64,000 nucleotides of DNA from Phormidium sp. (GTDB taxonomy: Bacteria; Cyanobacteriota; Cyanobacteriia; Cyanobacteriales; Aerosakkonemataceae), in assembly GCA_051013385.1 (NCBI GenBank), contig CP143273.1:1760001-1824000 (forward strand). Direction: 5' to 3'. Below are positions 27,706 through 39,223 of the stretch, piece after piece. The notes beneath the pieces are model-generated. The model did not search any database and was not told the DNA's origin. It saw nothing but the letters and a program-made list of their open reading frames with translations. The translations under genes and the position numbers were made by a program. Every line of letters starts with the position of its first letter. Position 1 is the stretch's first letter.

Positions 27706-28665
27706 TTAAACGTCTTTGTAGTACGATACCCAGGTATAGAGTTTGCGGAAACCAACAGATTCATAAAGTTGTCTTGCGCCGTTGGGGTTATCGTAATCTA
27801 CACCGATTTTGGCGATGTTCATTCCCGCAGCAAGTAACTTTTGCATTCCGCTAAGTAACATTGCTTTTCCAAGTCCTAAGCGACGAAAACCGCGCCTTGT
27901 TCCGAGAGTATTTACCCAACCTTCTTGACGATCGCTGCGTTTGTTGTCTTCGGGATAAATGGCACAATAACAGTAGGAAGCAAAGGTGTCATCGGGAGCG
28001 ATCGCAACTAAATCCAACTCCGCTCTATAATCTGGATTGCTACGCCAATGTTTGTATTCGTCTACTGCTAAATCGTGATGATTCCAGTGATCGATAAACG
28101 ATTGGTTGTGCATTTCTACCCAAGCTTCCGCATCTTGTCCAGTTATTACAGAACGAACTGTAAAACCTGCGGGAAATTGAGGTTCTGGGAGTGGTTCTTG
28201 GAGACTGCGTTGCATTGTCAGAAAATAGCGATCGGCACTGAAACCGTTTTCTTGTAGTATGGCGATGTGATCGAATCGATCATCCCGACTCTGACAACGC
28301 AATTTGACAGAATTAACACCCTGTTCTTTTGCCAGTTCCCAGAGACGTTCTTCTCCCCAATTGATAATTTCCCGTTCCAAAGTTCCCCCACGAGCTAGAG
28401 GGTGAACATGAAACCCAAGATATCCATCGGTTAATTCCCCAAGCGGATGCCACAATGTAGCACAAGCAATTAATTTACCTGTGTCATCTTCCCAAAGTTG
28501 TAAATCACGTTGTTTGTCGAAACATGGGTCATTAAAATCGCGTTCCAGTTCGGAAACTGTTGTCCATTGTTCGAGTTGATCTACTGCTTCGCAAGCTTCC
28601 CTGAGATTTACGATCGCTTCTAAATCCGTTTCACCCCTATAGGAGCGCTTTGTTAGAGTTAACAT
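27706..28665 (-). CDS. Tandem GNAT acetyltransferase
   Basis: Two GNAT repeats (VHPLARGG; TRRGFRRLGLG...ARQLYESVGF). Confidence 0.88.
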   Translation of the reverse strand: MLTLTKRSYRGETDLEAIVNLREACEAVDQLEQWTTVSELERDFNDPCFDKQRDLQLWEDDTGKLIACATLWHPLGELTDGYLGFHVHPLARGGTLEREIINWGEERLWELAKEQGVNSVKLRCQSRDDRFDHIAILQENGFSADRYFLTMQRSLQEPLPEPQFPAGFTVRSVITGQDAEAWVEMHNQSFIDHWNHHDLAVDEYKHWRSNPDYRAELDLVAIAPDDTFASYCYCAIYPEDNKRSDRQEGWVNTLGTRRGFRRLGLGKAMLLSGMQKLLAAGMNIAKIGVDYDNPNGARQLYESVGFRKLYTWVSYYKDV

Positions 28666-28998
28666 AAGGTGTGTAATTCAGACATACTTCAATATACTAC
28701 CTAATGTATTATGAAGTAGTATGAAGTTAACTCACCCGATCGGGTGAACTGAGATCTTGCACCTGTGCTTTTAGCCCACCTGCGAATCAATTCGCAGGCT
28801 AATAGCTTAAGTCCACTTAAGTGGACTGAAAGTACTAACGAAAAACCGGGTTTATCGGCTTATGGTGCGTAAGCCCTATTGATTTCAAATATTTTAGTCC
28901 TCTTTAGAGGAGTTTCGCTATAAGAAAAGCGAATTGATTCGCAGGCGGATTTTGGGACTGGTGCAAGATTTGAGTGAAGCAAGGGGAAAGCTCAAAAC

Positions 28999-29727
28999 TT
29001 ACCCAGTACCCAATCCCCATTCAATCAACTCAGTAACACCTGCGCCTCTACTATTTGTAGTTACCAAATCTACCCGATCTTTTACAGCAGGAAGGGCATT
29101 AGCAACAGCAACCGAGTAACCGCAAATACTTAAAAATGCCAAGTCATTTTCAGCATCTCCTACACCAACGATCGCATCTAGCGAAATCCCCAACTCATTA
29201 GCTGCTGCAATTAAACCAGCTTCTTTATCAATACCTTTTGGTAAAATCATCACTGCACCTTTGTTCAGAATTACTTGTAAATCCAGGTTCATTTCCTGAA
29301 TTAAAGCAAGTGCTTCTACACTGTAAGGTTCCCAGGTAGCGACGATAATTCGACCTACACCGACTATTGGATAATCTGACTGAATATGAGCAAATTCTTT
29401 AGAACTTTGTTGATCTTTAGCTTGACTTGCTTTGTGAATGCGATCGTTCAACTGTTGAATAAACTCTGCTGATGGAGGTTCAGCTAATGGTTTTTCAAAC
29501 TTACTAGCTGGTTGATAAAGTATTGCGCCGTTCTCCGCTACCACCCAATCAAAAAAATCGAGACAAGTAGCAATGTTTAATAAATCATCCAACTGACGAC
29601 CTGTGATTAAAATTAGTTTGCGTCCAGAATCTCGCCATTGTTGCAATGCTGCCAAAGTGCGATCGTCAACCTGTCCATCTGTGGCAAGGGTGCCATCATA
29701 ATCTGTCGCTAGTGCAAGGTAACTCAT
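28999..29727 (-). CDS. HAD-IIB (Cof-like) hydrolase
   Basis: DYDGTL, ITGR, GDAEND motifs. Confidence 0.9.
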   Translation of the reverse strand: MSYLALATDYDGTLATDGQVDDRTLAALQQWRDSGRKLILITGRQLDDLLNIATCLDFFDWVVAENGAILYQPASKFEKPLAEPPSAEFIQQLNDRIHKASQAKDQQSSKEFAHIQSDYPIVGVGRIIVATWEPYSVEALALIQEMNLDLQVILNKGAVMILPKGIDKEAGLIAAANELGISLDAIVGVGDAENDLAFLSICGYSVAVANALPAVKDRVDLVTTNSRGAGVTELIEWGLGTG

Positions 29728-29801
29728 TCGATTTTGGATTTTAGATTTTAGATTTTTATGGCTGGAATTGCCATTTATTTAGCTGGTTGTTGGAGTGACT
29801 C

Positions 29802-30221
29802 TTATTTCAATAATCGAATAAATCCTGCTTGTTCAAAATGATGATCTGTTGTCAGTGCTTCTTGTAAACCAAGTTGCTGCATGATTATAAAAGAAGTAGC
29901 ATCTACTAAAGACCAGGTTTTATCGGCTCTACTTTTAAGTAAAGACCAAGCTGCTGCTTCTATGGTTGAATCTATGTAAATGATGTTAACATAAGAGGCA
30001 GTTTTCACAGCATCTACATATTCAAATAGTTGATAACGAGGAACACGCAAAGGACTGTTGAGTAAAGCGACTAATTCAGCAACAACATAGTTACTTGTAA
30101 CCATTTCTAGCTGTTGTTTTCGGGATTTAACAAACCATTCTTTGGCTTGTTGATGATAAGATTCTGATGCTACAAACAGTTCTGCCCATCCAGAGGTATC
30201 TATAAAAACTTTATTCGGCAC
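29802..30221 (-). CDS. vapC: VapC PIN-domain toxin
   Basis: FIDTSGW...SLVDATSF...TTDHHFEQAGF; GTG start at 30221. Confidence 0.88.
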   Translation of the reverse strand: MPNKVFIDTSGWAELFVASESYHQQAKEWFVKSRKQQLEMVTSNYVVAELVALLNSPLRVPRYQLFEYVDAVKTASYVNIIYIDSTIEAAAWSLLKSRADKTWSLVDATSFIIMQQLGLQEALTTDHHFEQAGFIRLLK

Positions 30222-30468
30222 TGGCGATTTCCTGTTGTAAAGCATTACCTATATAGCGATCGTGGTTTTCCCCAATGTCATTAACTTCTGCGGTTAATGT
30301 ACCTAATAACGGTGCAATAGGATCAAATTCATCTGGAATTGGTGAATCGGCTAATTGAGTTAGAGACTGCACGATTAAGCTTTCTAAGGACATATTTAGT
30401 TGTCTAGCTCGTTGCTGCAACTGTTCCTCTAATTCTTCCGGGAGTTGAATTGCTAAAGTTTTACTCAT
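30211..30468 (-). CDS. VapB-type antitoxin (RHH-like)
   Basis: LAIQLPEEL...; ENHDRYI; overlaps the PIN gene. Confidence 0.75.
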   Translation of the reverse strand: MSKTLAIQLPEELEEQLQQRARQLNMSLESLIVQSLTQLADSPIPDEFDPIAPLLGTLTAEVNDIGENHDRYIGNALQQEIASAE

Positions 30469-30627
30469 AATTCTAATTCTCTAATTTTAGATATAATTTT
30501 AACATCAAAATATTTTTTCTGGCGCATTCTATCAATATATCCTACCGTAAAGCTGCATTTACATCTGCGTTCATCTGCGTTTATCTGCTTTCATCTGCGG
30601 TTAAAAAAAGATTTTCCCGGAGGCGTT

Positions 30628-31263
30628 ATGTCCATCTTCTTCCACGAACAACTATACAGAACCTCAGAAATAATGGCAAAAATTAAAGATTTTTCCATTA
30701 CTATTTGTGGCGCAGGTGCTTTAGGTGCAAACATTACCGAAAATTTAGCGCGATCGGGTTTTACTAAGCTGAAGGTGATCGATCGCGATCGCATCGAAGA
30801 ACGCAACCTTTCCACCCAACCATATTATCGCTCCGATGTCGGCGCTTTCAAAGCCAAAATACTCGCTAACTCCCTTTATCGCGCTTTGGGAGTAACTGTA
30901 GACGCACAAACCAAAGAATTAACCCCTACAAATGCGGCGCAATTAATTTCCAGTAACTCTTTAGTTATTGATACCTTTGATAACAGCATTTCCAGAAAAG
31001 CAGTTAAAGATTACTGTGAAAATGCTCATCTTCCTTGTTTGCACGTCGGACTAGCGGGAGACTACGCCGAAGTAATTTGGAATCAAGAATATCGCATACC
31101 TTCCCCTGCAAATGATGATGTCTGCGACTACCCTTTAGCACGCAATTTAGTTACCCTTGCAGTCGCCGTTGCTTGTGAAACAGTTGTTACCTTTGTAGCT
31201 ACAAGTAAACAAAACAATTTCACTGTCACCTTGGCAGATTTGGCAATCCAATCCTATCATTAA
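30628..31263 (+). CDS. ThiF/E1-like adenylyltransferase
   Basis: CGAGALG, IDRDRIEERNL, K in FKAK, DTFDN; lone Cys in DDVCDYP. Confidence 0.88.
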   Translation: MSIFFHEQLYRTSEIMAKIKDFSITICGAGALGANITENLARSGFTKLKVIDRDRIEERNLSTQPYYRSDVGAFKAKILANSLYRALGVTVDAQTKELTPTNAAQLISSNSLVIDTFDNSISRKAVKDYCENAHLPCLHVGLAGDYAEVIWNQEYRIPSPANDDVCDYPLARNLVTLAVAVACETVVTFVATSKQNNFTVTLADLAIQSYH

Positions 31264-31373
31264 TTCTTCACAACAAAAAGTCCTGTAGTTAGTTAAAACC
31301 ACAGGACTTAAAAACTAATTGGGGTAGAACAAAAGGAAATTACTTGCTAATTTATTTCGCATTTCCCTATAAT

Positions 31374-31682
31374 TTAGTAACGTCGTTGTTGCCGATTATT
31401 ACCGCCCCAGCCGCCACCCGCAGAAGCTTTTCTATTATCTTCACGAGGTTTAGCTTTATTCACTTTTAAATCGCGACCCATCCACTCAGCACCATCCAAA
31501 GCTTCGATCGCAGCATCTTCTTCTGCATCTGTGGACATTTCCACAAAACCAAAACCTCTTGGACGACCTGTTTCCTGGTCTGTTGGTAAGTGAACTCGCT
31601 TAACAGTTCCATACTCTGCAAAGACATTAGTTAAATCTTCTGCTTGAACCGAGTAAGAAAGGTTGCCTACATAAATGGACAT
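31374..31682 (-). CDS. RRM RNA-binding protein (Rbp)
   Basis: RNP2 IYVGNL, RNP1 RGFGFV, Gly-rich tail. Confidence 0.95.
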   Translation of the reverse strand: MSIYVGNLSYSVQAEDLTNVFAEYGTVKRVHLPTDQETGRPRGFGFVEMSTDAEEDAAIEALDGAEWMGRDLKVNKAKPREDNRKASAGGGWGGNNRQQRRY

Positions 31683-31861
31683 GAATGATCTCCGAAGCCA
31701 GAGTAGTCTAAATTACATAGCAATTGAGATTCGGAGACAAGTCTGCCTATATTATCTGTAAATACTAAAAACACACGCCGCACCGAATTCAATCTCGCTA
31801 CATCAGTATAACATTAAAACTAAAATCTTTTATAGTAGAAATTCAAGTTTTATATCAATAG

Positions 31862-32941
31862 TTACCGTAACATAACCATACTGGGATCAACATCTTTCAA
31901 AGTAGCACAGCCACTTAAAGCCATAGCTAAATCCAATTCATCCCTTAAGAGTTCTAATACCTTTTGTACGCCTAGCTGTCCATCAACAGCTAAACCCCAT
32001 AATACAGGTCTTCCTAAAAGTACTGCTTTTGCTCCCAATGCTAAAGCTTTTAAAACATCAGTACCGCGACGAACACCGCCATCGAGCAAAATTTCTACCT
32101 TGTCTCCCACCGCTGCGACAACATCAGATAAAGCATCAATAGAAGCGATCGCACCATCCAATTGTCTACCCCCATGATTGGAAACAATTATCGCTTTTGC
32201 TCCATATTCTACCGCCCGCAAAGCATCATCGCCTCGCAAGATTCCTTTTAATACTAAAGGTAGAGGCGAAATTGACTGTAACCATTCTAAATCTTCCCAA
32301 GTTAAAGCCGGGTTTAGCTGTTCTAAAAAATAGCTAAATAACCCAGATTCACCTTGATGATAAGAAATTTCTAAATCAGTTATACTCGCTAAATTTGCCA
32401 GTTCCATTCCTGGAGGTAAAACAAATTGATTGCGTCTGTCTTTTTCTCGTCTCCCTAAAACTGGTGCATCCACAGTTAAGCATAATGCTTGAAAACCTGC
32501 TTTGTAAGCCCGTTCTACTAATGCTTTAGTAATTTGGCGATCGCGATGCACGTATAATTGAAACCAGCGCAAACTATCAACCGCCGCCACAGTTTCTAAA
32601 GTCTTAGTTGCCAAAGTACTTAATACCATTATTGTTCCCAATTCTCGCGCCGCACAAGCCGTCGCCACCTCTCCTTCAGGATGCGCTAAACACTGAAAAG
32701 CCATTGGCGCAATTAAAATTGGCATCGCCAACTTTTGACCGAGAATAGTAGTACTTAAATCTCGGTGACTCACATCCACTAACATTCGCGGACGTAATTT
32801 ATACCTATTAAAAGCCGCACGATTATCTTTTAAAGTGACTTCATCCCAAGCCCCACTAGCATAATAATCAAATGCCATTGGCGATAAACGCGCTTGCGCT
32901 AGCGGTTCGTATTCAAATAAATTAATAAGTTTAACAGACAT
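31862..32941 (-). CDS. FMN-dependent alpha-hydroxy acid oxidase (glycolate/lactate oxidase)
   Basis: SNHGGRQLD, DGGVRRGTD motifs. Confidence 0.93.
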   Translation of the reverse strand: MSVKLINLFEYEPLAQARLSPMAFDYYASGAWDEVTLKDNRAAFNRYKLRPRMLVDVSHRDLSTTILGQKLAMPILIAPMAFQCLAHPEGEVATACAARELGTIMVLSTLATKTLETVAAVDSLRWFQLYVHRDRQITKALVERAYKAGFQALCLTVDAPVLGRREKDRRNQFVLPPGMELANLASITDLEISYHQGESGLFSYFLEQLNPALTWEDLEWLQSISPLPLVLKGILRGDDALRAVEYGAKAIIVSNHGGRQLDGAIASIDALSDVVAAVGDKVEILLDGGVRRGTDVLKALALGAKAVLLGRPVLWGLAVDGQLGVQKVLELLRDELDLAMALSGCATLKDVDPSMVMLR

Positions 32942-33053
32942 TCGATTTTAGATTTTAGATTTACCACACAGAATACTGACTATCCAATTGTATCCTGTAA
33001 CGAAAATAAATTTCTGCTAATTTAGAACTGATAGTTATTTGAATCTATAATAT

Positions 33054-33476
33054 ATGTCAAAGATTTTCTTTGCGATCGCTAGCATTGCAACCATTTTTCC
33101 CCTATTCCACGCCATCAGCACTTTCGGTATTGTCCCACCTCAACCACCAACTCAGCAACTAGCTCAACAACCCAATTGTAAAGATCCGCAAACACAAGTA
33201 GAAATTAACACCTGTGCTGGCATAGAATATCAAAATGCTGACAAAAGACTCAATCAAGTCTACCAACAATTAATGCCTAAATTATCAGCCACCAGAAAAC
33301 AAAAACTAATCTTAGCTCAAAGAGCTTGGATTAATTTTCGAGACGCTAATTGCGAATTTGAAAGGAGTCAATTTGAAGGCGGAACAATGGCTCCCGCAGC
33401 CCAAGCTGGTTGTATGGCACAATTAACAAAAGCTCGTACAGCACAGTTAGACCAATACATTGAAGTGGGGTTTTAG
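33054..33476 (+). CDS. Lysozyme inhibitor LprI (DUF1311) family protein
   Basis: Signal peptide; TQVEINTCA...AQRAWINFRDANC. Confidence 0.85.
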   Translation: MSKIFFAIASIATIFPLFHAISTFGIVPPQPPTQQLAQQPNCKDPQTQVEINTCAGIEYQNADKRLNQVYQQLMPKLSATRKQKLILAQRAWINFRDANCEFERSQFEGGTMAPAAQAGCMAQLTKARTAQLDQYIEVGF

Positions 33477-33531
33477 CCCTAGACAATAAATAATATTTCT
33501 GTTCTTTCTTAGAGATCCAACCACAATTTAT

Positions 33532-34062
33532 ATGCAACACAAATCAATTCTGGGATTAGTAGCTACTTGCACCGTTATCAGTAGCAGTTTTTTCACGCTA
33601 ACTTGGCAACCACAAACAGTTTTAGCTCTCACAAACGTTCCAGTACATCAAGTTCTTTCCCCAATTAAAAGAAAGGCAACAGTACCAATATTTATCCCTA
33701 ACAGGTTACCTTTTTCCGAACCAGAAAAAGTCTATTATATCAGCGAAGTAACAGACAAAGGCTACAGCGTTTCATTTAATTATACGCCCGATTGTCAAGG
33801 AACACCTTGTTATATTGGCTCTATTGAAGCTGAAAGAGGGGGAGAATTTATTAAGCCAGAAACAGGAATAACTAAGACATTTAGAAGGGTTAGGTTAGCC
33901 GGAGGAAATACGGGAGTATTCCATAACGGCTGTGGTGCCTATTGTACGGCTACCTTGGAATGGAAACGTCAGGGAATTTTGTATCGAGTAACTGTTAAGA
34001 ATGGAGATGAAAGAGATTTAATTGCGATCGCAAATTCGGCAATTCTATCGGGAAAACGTTAA
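33532..34062 (+). CDS. Secreted hypothetical protein
   Basis: Signal peptide; Cys pairs CQGTPC and CGAYC. Confidence 0.7.
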   Translation: MQHKSILGLVATCTVISSSFFTLTWQPQTVLALTNVPVHQVLSPIKRKATVPIFIPNRLPFSEPEKVYYISEVTDKGYSVSFNYTPDCQGTPCYIGSIEAERGGEFIKPETGITKTFRRVRLAGGNTGVFHNGCGAYCTATLEWKRQGILYRVTVKNGDERDLIAIANSAILSGKR

Positions 34063-34155
34063 ATTTTAGCTAAGATAGTTAAGTAAGCGATCGCAAATTT
34101 TCCTTGTGCAGCTAAAGTTAAGAAATTTCGATCGCTCATCTCCTTAATCAACCTC

Positions 34156-35106
34156 TTAGAAAAGTTTTTCCCGTTCCTGCAACTCCTTCAAAAATTGTAT
34201 TGCTACCCTTTCTAACCAGCGATCGTTAATCGGTTCAATAAACTTATCTAAAGGATTCAAATCAACAACATAATCCCCAAATTTAACACCGACTGGTTCT
34301 AAATGTTTACCTGGTATTTCCATTATTACAGGTTGGAAACCATCAGGTAAATTTTTAGATAACAGTTCAATAAACCACAAAACATCACTTTCTTTTTGCT
34401 GATTTGGCGGTTTATTAATATCATTTTTATTTCCAGCAATAGTATCCTTATCAAAGGAAATCAACGCTGTCAAATTAAACAACTTACTGCGGTTGATAAA
34501 ATCTTGAGTTTCTTTCCTAGTTGGTTTAACTCCTAATCCAATATCGTCTAATAAATGCGCTATTGCTGGTACAGGAATTGCACTTTCAGTATCACTAATA
34601 TCTGGTGCCATTAACAAAGAAGCTTGTCCTTTAATAGATACTTTTTCCCTACCAATTATAGATTCAACCACATTTTTAATTCTTTCTATTCGGGAATTAC
34701 CTACACAATCACCAACAATTTGTTCCCAATTTGGATCGCTCAAAAATTCTAGCATTGCGACATATTTGCAACCTAAACTATGAGCCACCCAAAGATAATT
34801 AGATTTCTCTTGATAAACATGATATTCATAACCTTGCCTTTGGGCAATTTGGATCAACTCTTTACTAATTACTTCTTGCTCTTTTAATAGACTAACAGCG
34901 ATCGGCCAATGACGAAAGCTAAACCGAAAAGGCAAAGCAATAATTGTATATCCCTCAGCAAACAGTTGGCTAAGAAAATACCGATAAAACAAAGTCGGAA
35001 AAGTACCAAAAAAAGCCCCACCAATAAATTGTACTACTCCTTTAGGATTTGGATGAATAGCAACCCAACTAGAAGAAATCGGCTGAAATTTGAATACTGC
35101 TTGCAT
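34156..35106 (-). CDS. DUF1350 family alpha/beta hydrolase-like protein
   Basis: FIGGAFFG, AHSLGCK motifs. Confidence 0.8.
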   Translation of the reverse strand: MQAVFKFQPISSSWVAIHPNPKGVVQFIGGAFFGTFPTLFYRYFLSQLFAEGYTIIALPFRFSFRHWPIAVSLLKEQEVISKELIQIAQRQGYEYHVYQEKSNYLWVAHSLGCKYVAMLEFLSDPNWEQIVGDCVGNSRIERIKNVVESIIGREKVSIKGQASLLMAPDISDTESAIPVPAIAHLLDDIGLGVKPTRKETQDFINRSKLFNLTALISFDKDTIAGNKNDINKPPNQQKESDVLWFIELLSKNLPDGFQPVIMEIPGKHLEPVGVKFGDYVVDLNPLDKFIEPINDRWLERVAIQFLKELQEREKLF

Positions 35107-35324
35107 GGTTATTTCAGGTTATTAGGTTAATGCTTTTCAGACAATTGCTCAAAATATTTTACATTTTAATTACCTACACTCCGCCTAATTTACCAAGTTG
35201 AATTATTTTAAAATAGGCGGCAGTGCAGGCAAAAAAATGTAACTTAATTAAACGGGTAACTGGGACAATAAAAACTCAAAAATCTACCCTAATAAGACTA
35301 ACTTTATTTAACTAAATTACACTT

Positions 35325-36002
35325 TTACTGAGCCACAGAACGCTGTTCTAACTCTTTTATTTGTTCTGCCATCATCCCGATCATTTCCTGCATCTCACTA
35401 GCAGAAATAGAAACATCAAATGTCTTACCATTAGTAGCAGGAGTTATAACTGGTGGAATTACAAGTGACTTCAGCTGATAGAGACTGCTACCATTGGCTG
35501 TTGGTAGAGCATAAGCTAACTGATCGAAATCAGGAATAGCAGCAGCTAGATTTTGAGGCAAGAAAGTTCCGCGATGTTCAGGAGTCAGTAACAAATTATA
35601 ATCTTGCCCGAATAAACTAGAGCGGAAAACTTCCACATAACCACGAATTTCTAGCTTTTTATCTGCTATTACACCAGCAGCAGTTAAGTCAGGCAATAAA
35701 CTAAATAAAATCGTATCATTGCCAGGAACAGTGAGGTTAAAATTGAACTTCCTTGGATCGGGAGTAGCAATCAAATCACCCTTAACATCCGCGCCATTGA
35801 CATCGAGAAAAGTGGCAGTTTTTGAAAGGTCTATGTTAGGTGCATTTGCCGTAAATTGCAACCGCAAGTTAGCCGGAATATTACCAGTATTAGCAATAGT
35901 CAAAAAGTAACCTTGCACAACAGTTCGCGCCACAGCCGCAGGGCCAGCACCAGCAGGGGCAATAGGTTTAACCAACAATTCAAAAGTAGAAACTAAAGCC
36001 AT
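35325..36002 (-). CDS. Hypothetical protein
   Basis: 225-aa ORF; VQGYFLTIAN, RGYVE, PEHRGTF. Confidence 0.7.
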   Translation of the reverse strand: MALVSTFELLVKPIAPAGAGPAAVARTVVQGYFLTIANTGNIPANLRLQFTANAPNIDLSKTATFLDVNGADVKGDLIATPDPRKFNFNLTVPGNDTILFSLLPDLTAAGVIADKKLEIRGYVEVFRSSLFGQDYNLLLTPEHRGTFLPQNLAAAIPDFDQLAYALPTANGSSLYQLKSLVIPPVITPATNGKTFDVSISASEMQEMIGMMAEQIKELEQRSVAQ

Positions 36003-36314
36003 GATTTAACCTTCCGTAAATTGAGTTTTATCTGGTAAACAAACCCTTAATTTCTTTAGGTTTGTTCCCTTAACAAATCTATTGTGGAAGAAATCATTAA
36101 GACTCAGCAGTACCCTTGAGGGTACTCTTGGGAGATGGGGAGATGGGGAGGTGGGGAGGTGGGGAGAAATTGAAGCAACAAACTCCCCCCATTCCCCCAT
36201 CCCCCTACCTCCCTACCTCTTCAGCCTTCTGCCTGCAAAATGTAAGTCAGAGGGTCACGCACTGAGGTAGTCTAGATCAAGTGATTTGATACGCTCCTTT
36301 GACAAGATTGCTTT

Positions 36315-37280
36315 ATGTCCCCTGCTGTTTCCAGTCCCCCGCGCATTATCCGTATTGCCTCTCGCAAAAGTCAACTTGCCCTCGTGCAAACCTACTGGGT
36401 GCAAGAACAACTCCAGAAACACTTCCCTGAGAGAACCTTTGAAGTACACACCATGAGTACCCAAGGCGACAAAATCTTAGATGTTGCCTTAGCCAAAATT
36501 GGTGATAAAGGACTATTTACCAAAGAACTAGAACTGGGAATGATTAACCAGGAGACAGACTTTGCGGTTCATTCCTTGAAAGACTTGCCCACTAGACTAC
36601 CAGAAGGCTTGATTTTAGGCTGCGTTACCGAAAGGGAAAACCCTGCCGATGCTTTGGTAGTGCATGAAAAATTCAAAGATAAGCAACTGGAAACCTTACC
36701 CGAAGGCGCAGTGGTAGGAACATCTTCCCTGCGACGGTTAGCACAGTTGCGCCATCGCTTCCCTTATTTGACATTTAAAGACATTCGGGGGAACTTGAAT
36801 ACCCGACTGGCGAAATTAGATGCTGGGGAGTTCGATGCCATAATTTTAGCAGTGGCGGGTTTACAAAGATTGGGAATGGCCGATCGCATTCACCAAGTCA
36901 TCCCCGCCGAAATTTCCCTCCACGCCGTCGGACAAGGTGCTCTAGGCATCGAATGCCGTAGCGATGATCCCGAAGTTCTCTCCCTGATCAAAGTATTAGA
37001 ACACACACCAACCGCGCAACGTTGCTACGCCGAACGCGCCTTCTTGCGGGAACTAGAAGGTGGTTGTCAAGTACCCATTGGTGTTAACACCGTCATTGAA
37101 GGCGAACAACTTACCCTCACCGGAGTAGTTGCCAGCTTAGATGGTCAAAAATTAGTCAAAGATAGCATTACCGGAAATGCTACCGAAGCCGAACAACTGG
37201 GAACGCAACTGGCAAACAATTTGCGCCAACAGGGAGCCGCAGAAATTTTAGCAGAAATATTCGCTGAAGTCGGACGGTAA
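36315..37280 (+). CDS. hemC: Hydroxymethylbilane synthase
   Basis: [28 protein letters not shown]. Confidence 0.97.
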   Translation: MSPAVSSPPRIIRIASRKSQLALVQTYWVQEQLQKHFPERTFEVHTMSTQGDKILDVALAKIGDKGLFTKELELGMINQETDFAVHSLKDLPTRLPEGLILGCVTERENPADALVVHEKFKDKQLETLPEGAVVGTSSLRRLAQLRHRFPYLTFKDIRGNLNTRLAKLDAGEFDAIILAVAGLQRLGMADRIHQVIPAEISLHAVGQGALGIECRSDDPEVLSLIKVLEHTPTAQRCYAERAFLRELEGGCQVPIGVNTVIEGEQLTLTGVVASLDGQKLVKDSITGNATEAEQLGTQLANNLRQQGAAEILAEIFAEVGR

Positions 37281-37412
37281 GATATTAAAGTGATGAGTTA
37301 TGAGTTTTGAATTAACTTAAAACTCATAACTTAAAACTCAAAACTTTCTAGATACAGTATTCTTTCTTGCTAAACTTCTGTAACGAACTATTTCAGGCAA
37401 CCCCAAAAAAAA

Positions 37413-38819
37413 ATGCGGATTCTATTTGTTGCAGCTGAAGCAGCCCCCCTAGCAAAAATAGGCGGTATGGGGGATGTCGTCGGTGCCCTGCCCAAAGTCC
37501 TCAGAAAAATGGGGCATGACGTTCGGCTTTTTATGCCTTACTATGGCTTCTTGCCGGACAAAATGGACATTCCCAAAGCCCCGATATGGAACGGCAATGC
37601 TATGGGGCAAAACTTCGCTGTCTATGAGACTCTCTTCCCCAACAGCGATGTTCCTTTGTATTTATTCGGTCATCCAGCATTCTGGCCCCGACGGATTTAT
37701 TTTGGAGAAGATGAAGACTGGCGGTTTACCCTGTTTTCCAATGGCGCAGCCGAGTTTGCCTGGAACTACTGGAAACCAGATATTATTCACTGCCATGACT
37801 GGCATACGGGTATGATTCCAGTGTGGATGAACGAAGACCCGACTATTAAAACAGTGTTCACTATTCACAACTTGGCATATCAAGGCCCTTGGCGCTGGCG
37901 TTTGGAGCAAATTACCTGGTGCCCTTGGTATATGCAAGGTGATAACACGATGGCAGCAGCAATTCTGTTTGCTGACAAAGTGAATACAGTTTCTCCTACT
38001 TATGCCGATCAAATCAAGACTCCTGCTCACGGTGAGCGGATGGAAGGTTTGTTATCTTATGTCAGTGGCAAGTTAAGCGGTATTCTGAACGGCATTGATA
38101 CTACTAGTTACGACCCTGCTACAGACAAACACATAGCCAGAAACTTCTCAGTCGATAATATTGAAGAACGCCGCTTCAACAAAGTTGCTCTCCAAGAAGA
38201 GGTCGGTTTGGAAGTGAATGCTAATGCCTTTTTACTTGGCTTGGTGTCGCGGTTGGTAGAACAGAAGGGTATCGATCTGATGATTCAGATTTTAGACCGC
38301 TTCATGTCCTATACAGATTCTCAGTTTATCCTTTTGGGTTTGGGCGATCCCTACTACGAAAACCAAATGTGGCAAATTGCTTCTCGTTATCGTGGTCGGA
38401 TGTCGGCTTATATCCTGCAAAGTGATTCTTTGGCGAGAAGGGTTTATGCTGGGACGGATGCTTTCTTAATGCCCAGCCGCTTTGAGCCTTGCGGTATTAG
38501 CCAAATGTTGGCTATGCGTTATGGTTCTGTGCCAGTTGTTCGGCGTACTGGTGGTTTGGTTGATACTGTTACCCACCATGAACCAGTGGATCATGCGGGT
38601 ACAGGTTACTGTTTTGACCGCTACGAACCTTTAGACCTTTATACTTGTTTAGTTCGGGCGTGGGAAGCTTTCCGGTACAAGAAGGAATGGCGCGAACTAC
38701 AACAACGTGGAATGCGGATGGATTTCAGTTGGGATAAGTCGGCTTATGAATACGAGAAGTTGTACCAATCTCTTGTCGATCCTTCAACCGATCAACAACC
38801 AGAATTAGCTAATGCTTAA
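37413..38819 (+). CDS. glgA: Glycogen synthase
   Basis: [22 protein letters not shown]. Confidence 0.97.
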   Translation: MRILFVAAEAAPLAKIGGMGDVVGALPKVLRKMGHDVRLFMPYYGFLPDKMDIPKAPIWNGNAMGQNFAVYETLFPNSDVPLYLFGHPAFWPRRIYFGEDEDWRFTLFSNGAAEFAWNYWKPDIIHCHDWHTGMIPVWMNEDPTIKTVFTIHNLAYQGPWRWRLEQITWCPWYMQGDNTMAAAILFADKVNTVSPTYADQIKTPAHGERMEGLLSYVSGKLSGILNGIDTTSYDPATDKHIARNFSVDNIEERRFNKVALQEEVGLEVNANAFLLGLVSRLVEQKGIDLMIQILDRFMSYTDSQFILLGLGDPYYENQMWQIASRYRGRMSAYILQSDSLARRVYAGTDAFLMPSRFEPCGISQMLAMRYGSVPVVRRTGGLVDTVTHHEPVDHAGTGYCFDRYEPLDLYTCLVRAWEAFRYKKEWRELQQRGMRMDFSWDKSAYEYEKLYQSLVDPSTDQQPELANA

Positions 38820-39223
38820 AGCTGAGGTGCAGTTGAGCTAATTTCTCTGTCTGTTTTTCTTGACAATTTGACAAAGTTATGTATTTGAGTAAGTGCGATC
38901 GCCTTTCGTGGTGCGATCGCACTTTTTTTAGAGCCTTTAAAACAGTTGTTCCGGTTTTTTATGAACTTTATCTATTGACATTATAAATAAAGTGTGTTTC
39001 GCCTAATAAATTACATAAGTTTAGCAGTGAATTTGAATTATGTTTTTAGTTTTACTGTTTATGAACTAATAATTTGCAGAGAACCCTTGTAGAGACGTTG
39101 TATACCTTGTAGAGACGTTGTATACAACGTCTCTACAATCTTTGAAAGGAGATGTCTATTGGAAATATGAACTTTATCTATCGACGCTTGAGAGCGGATT
39201 TAAGAAGCTAGAAATATGAAGTA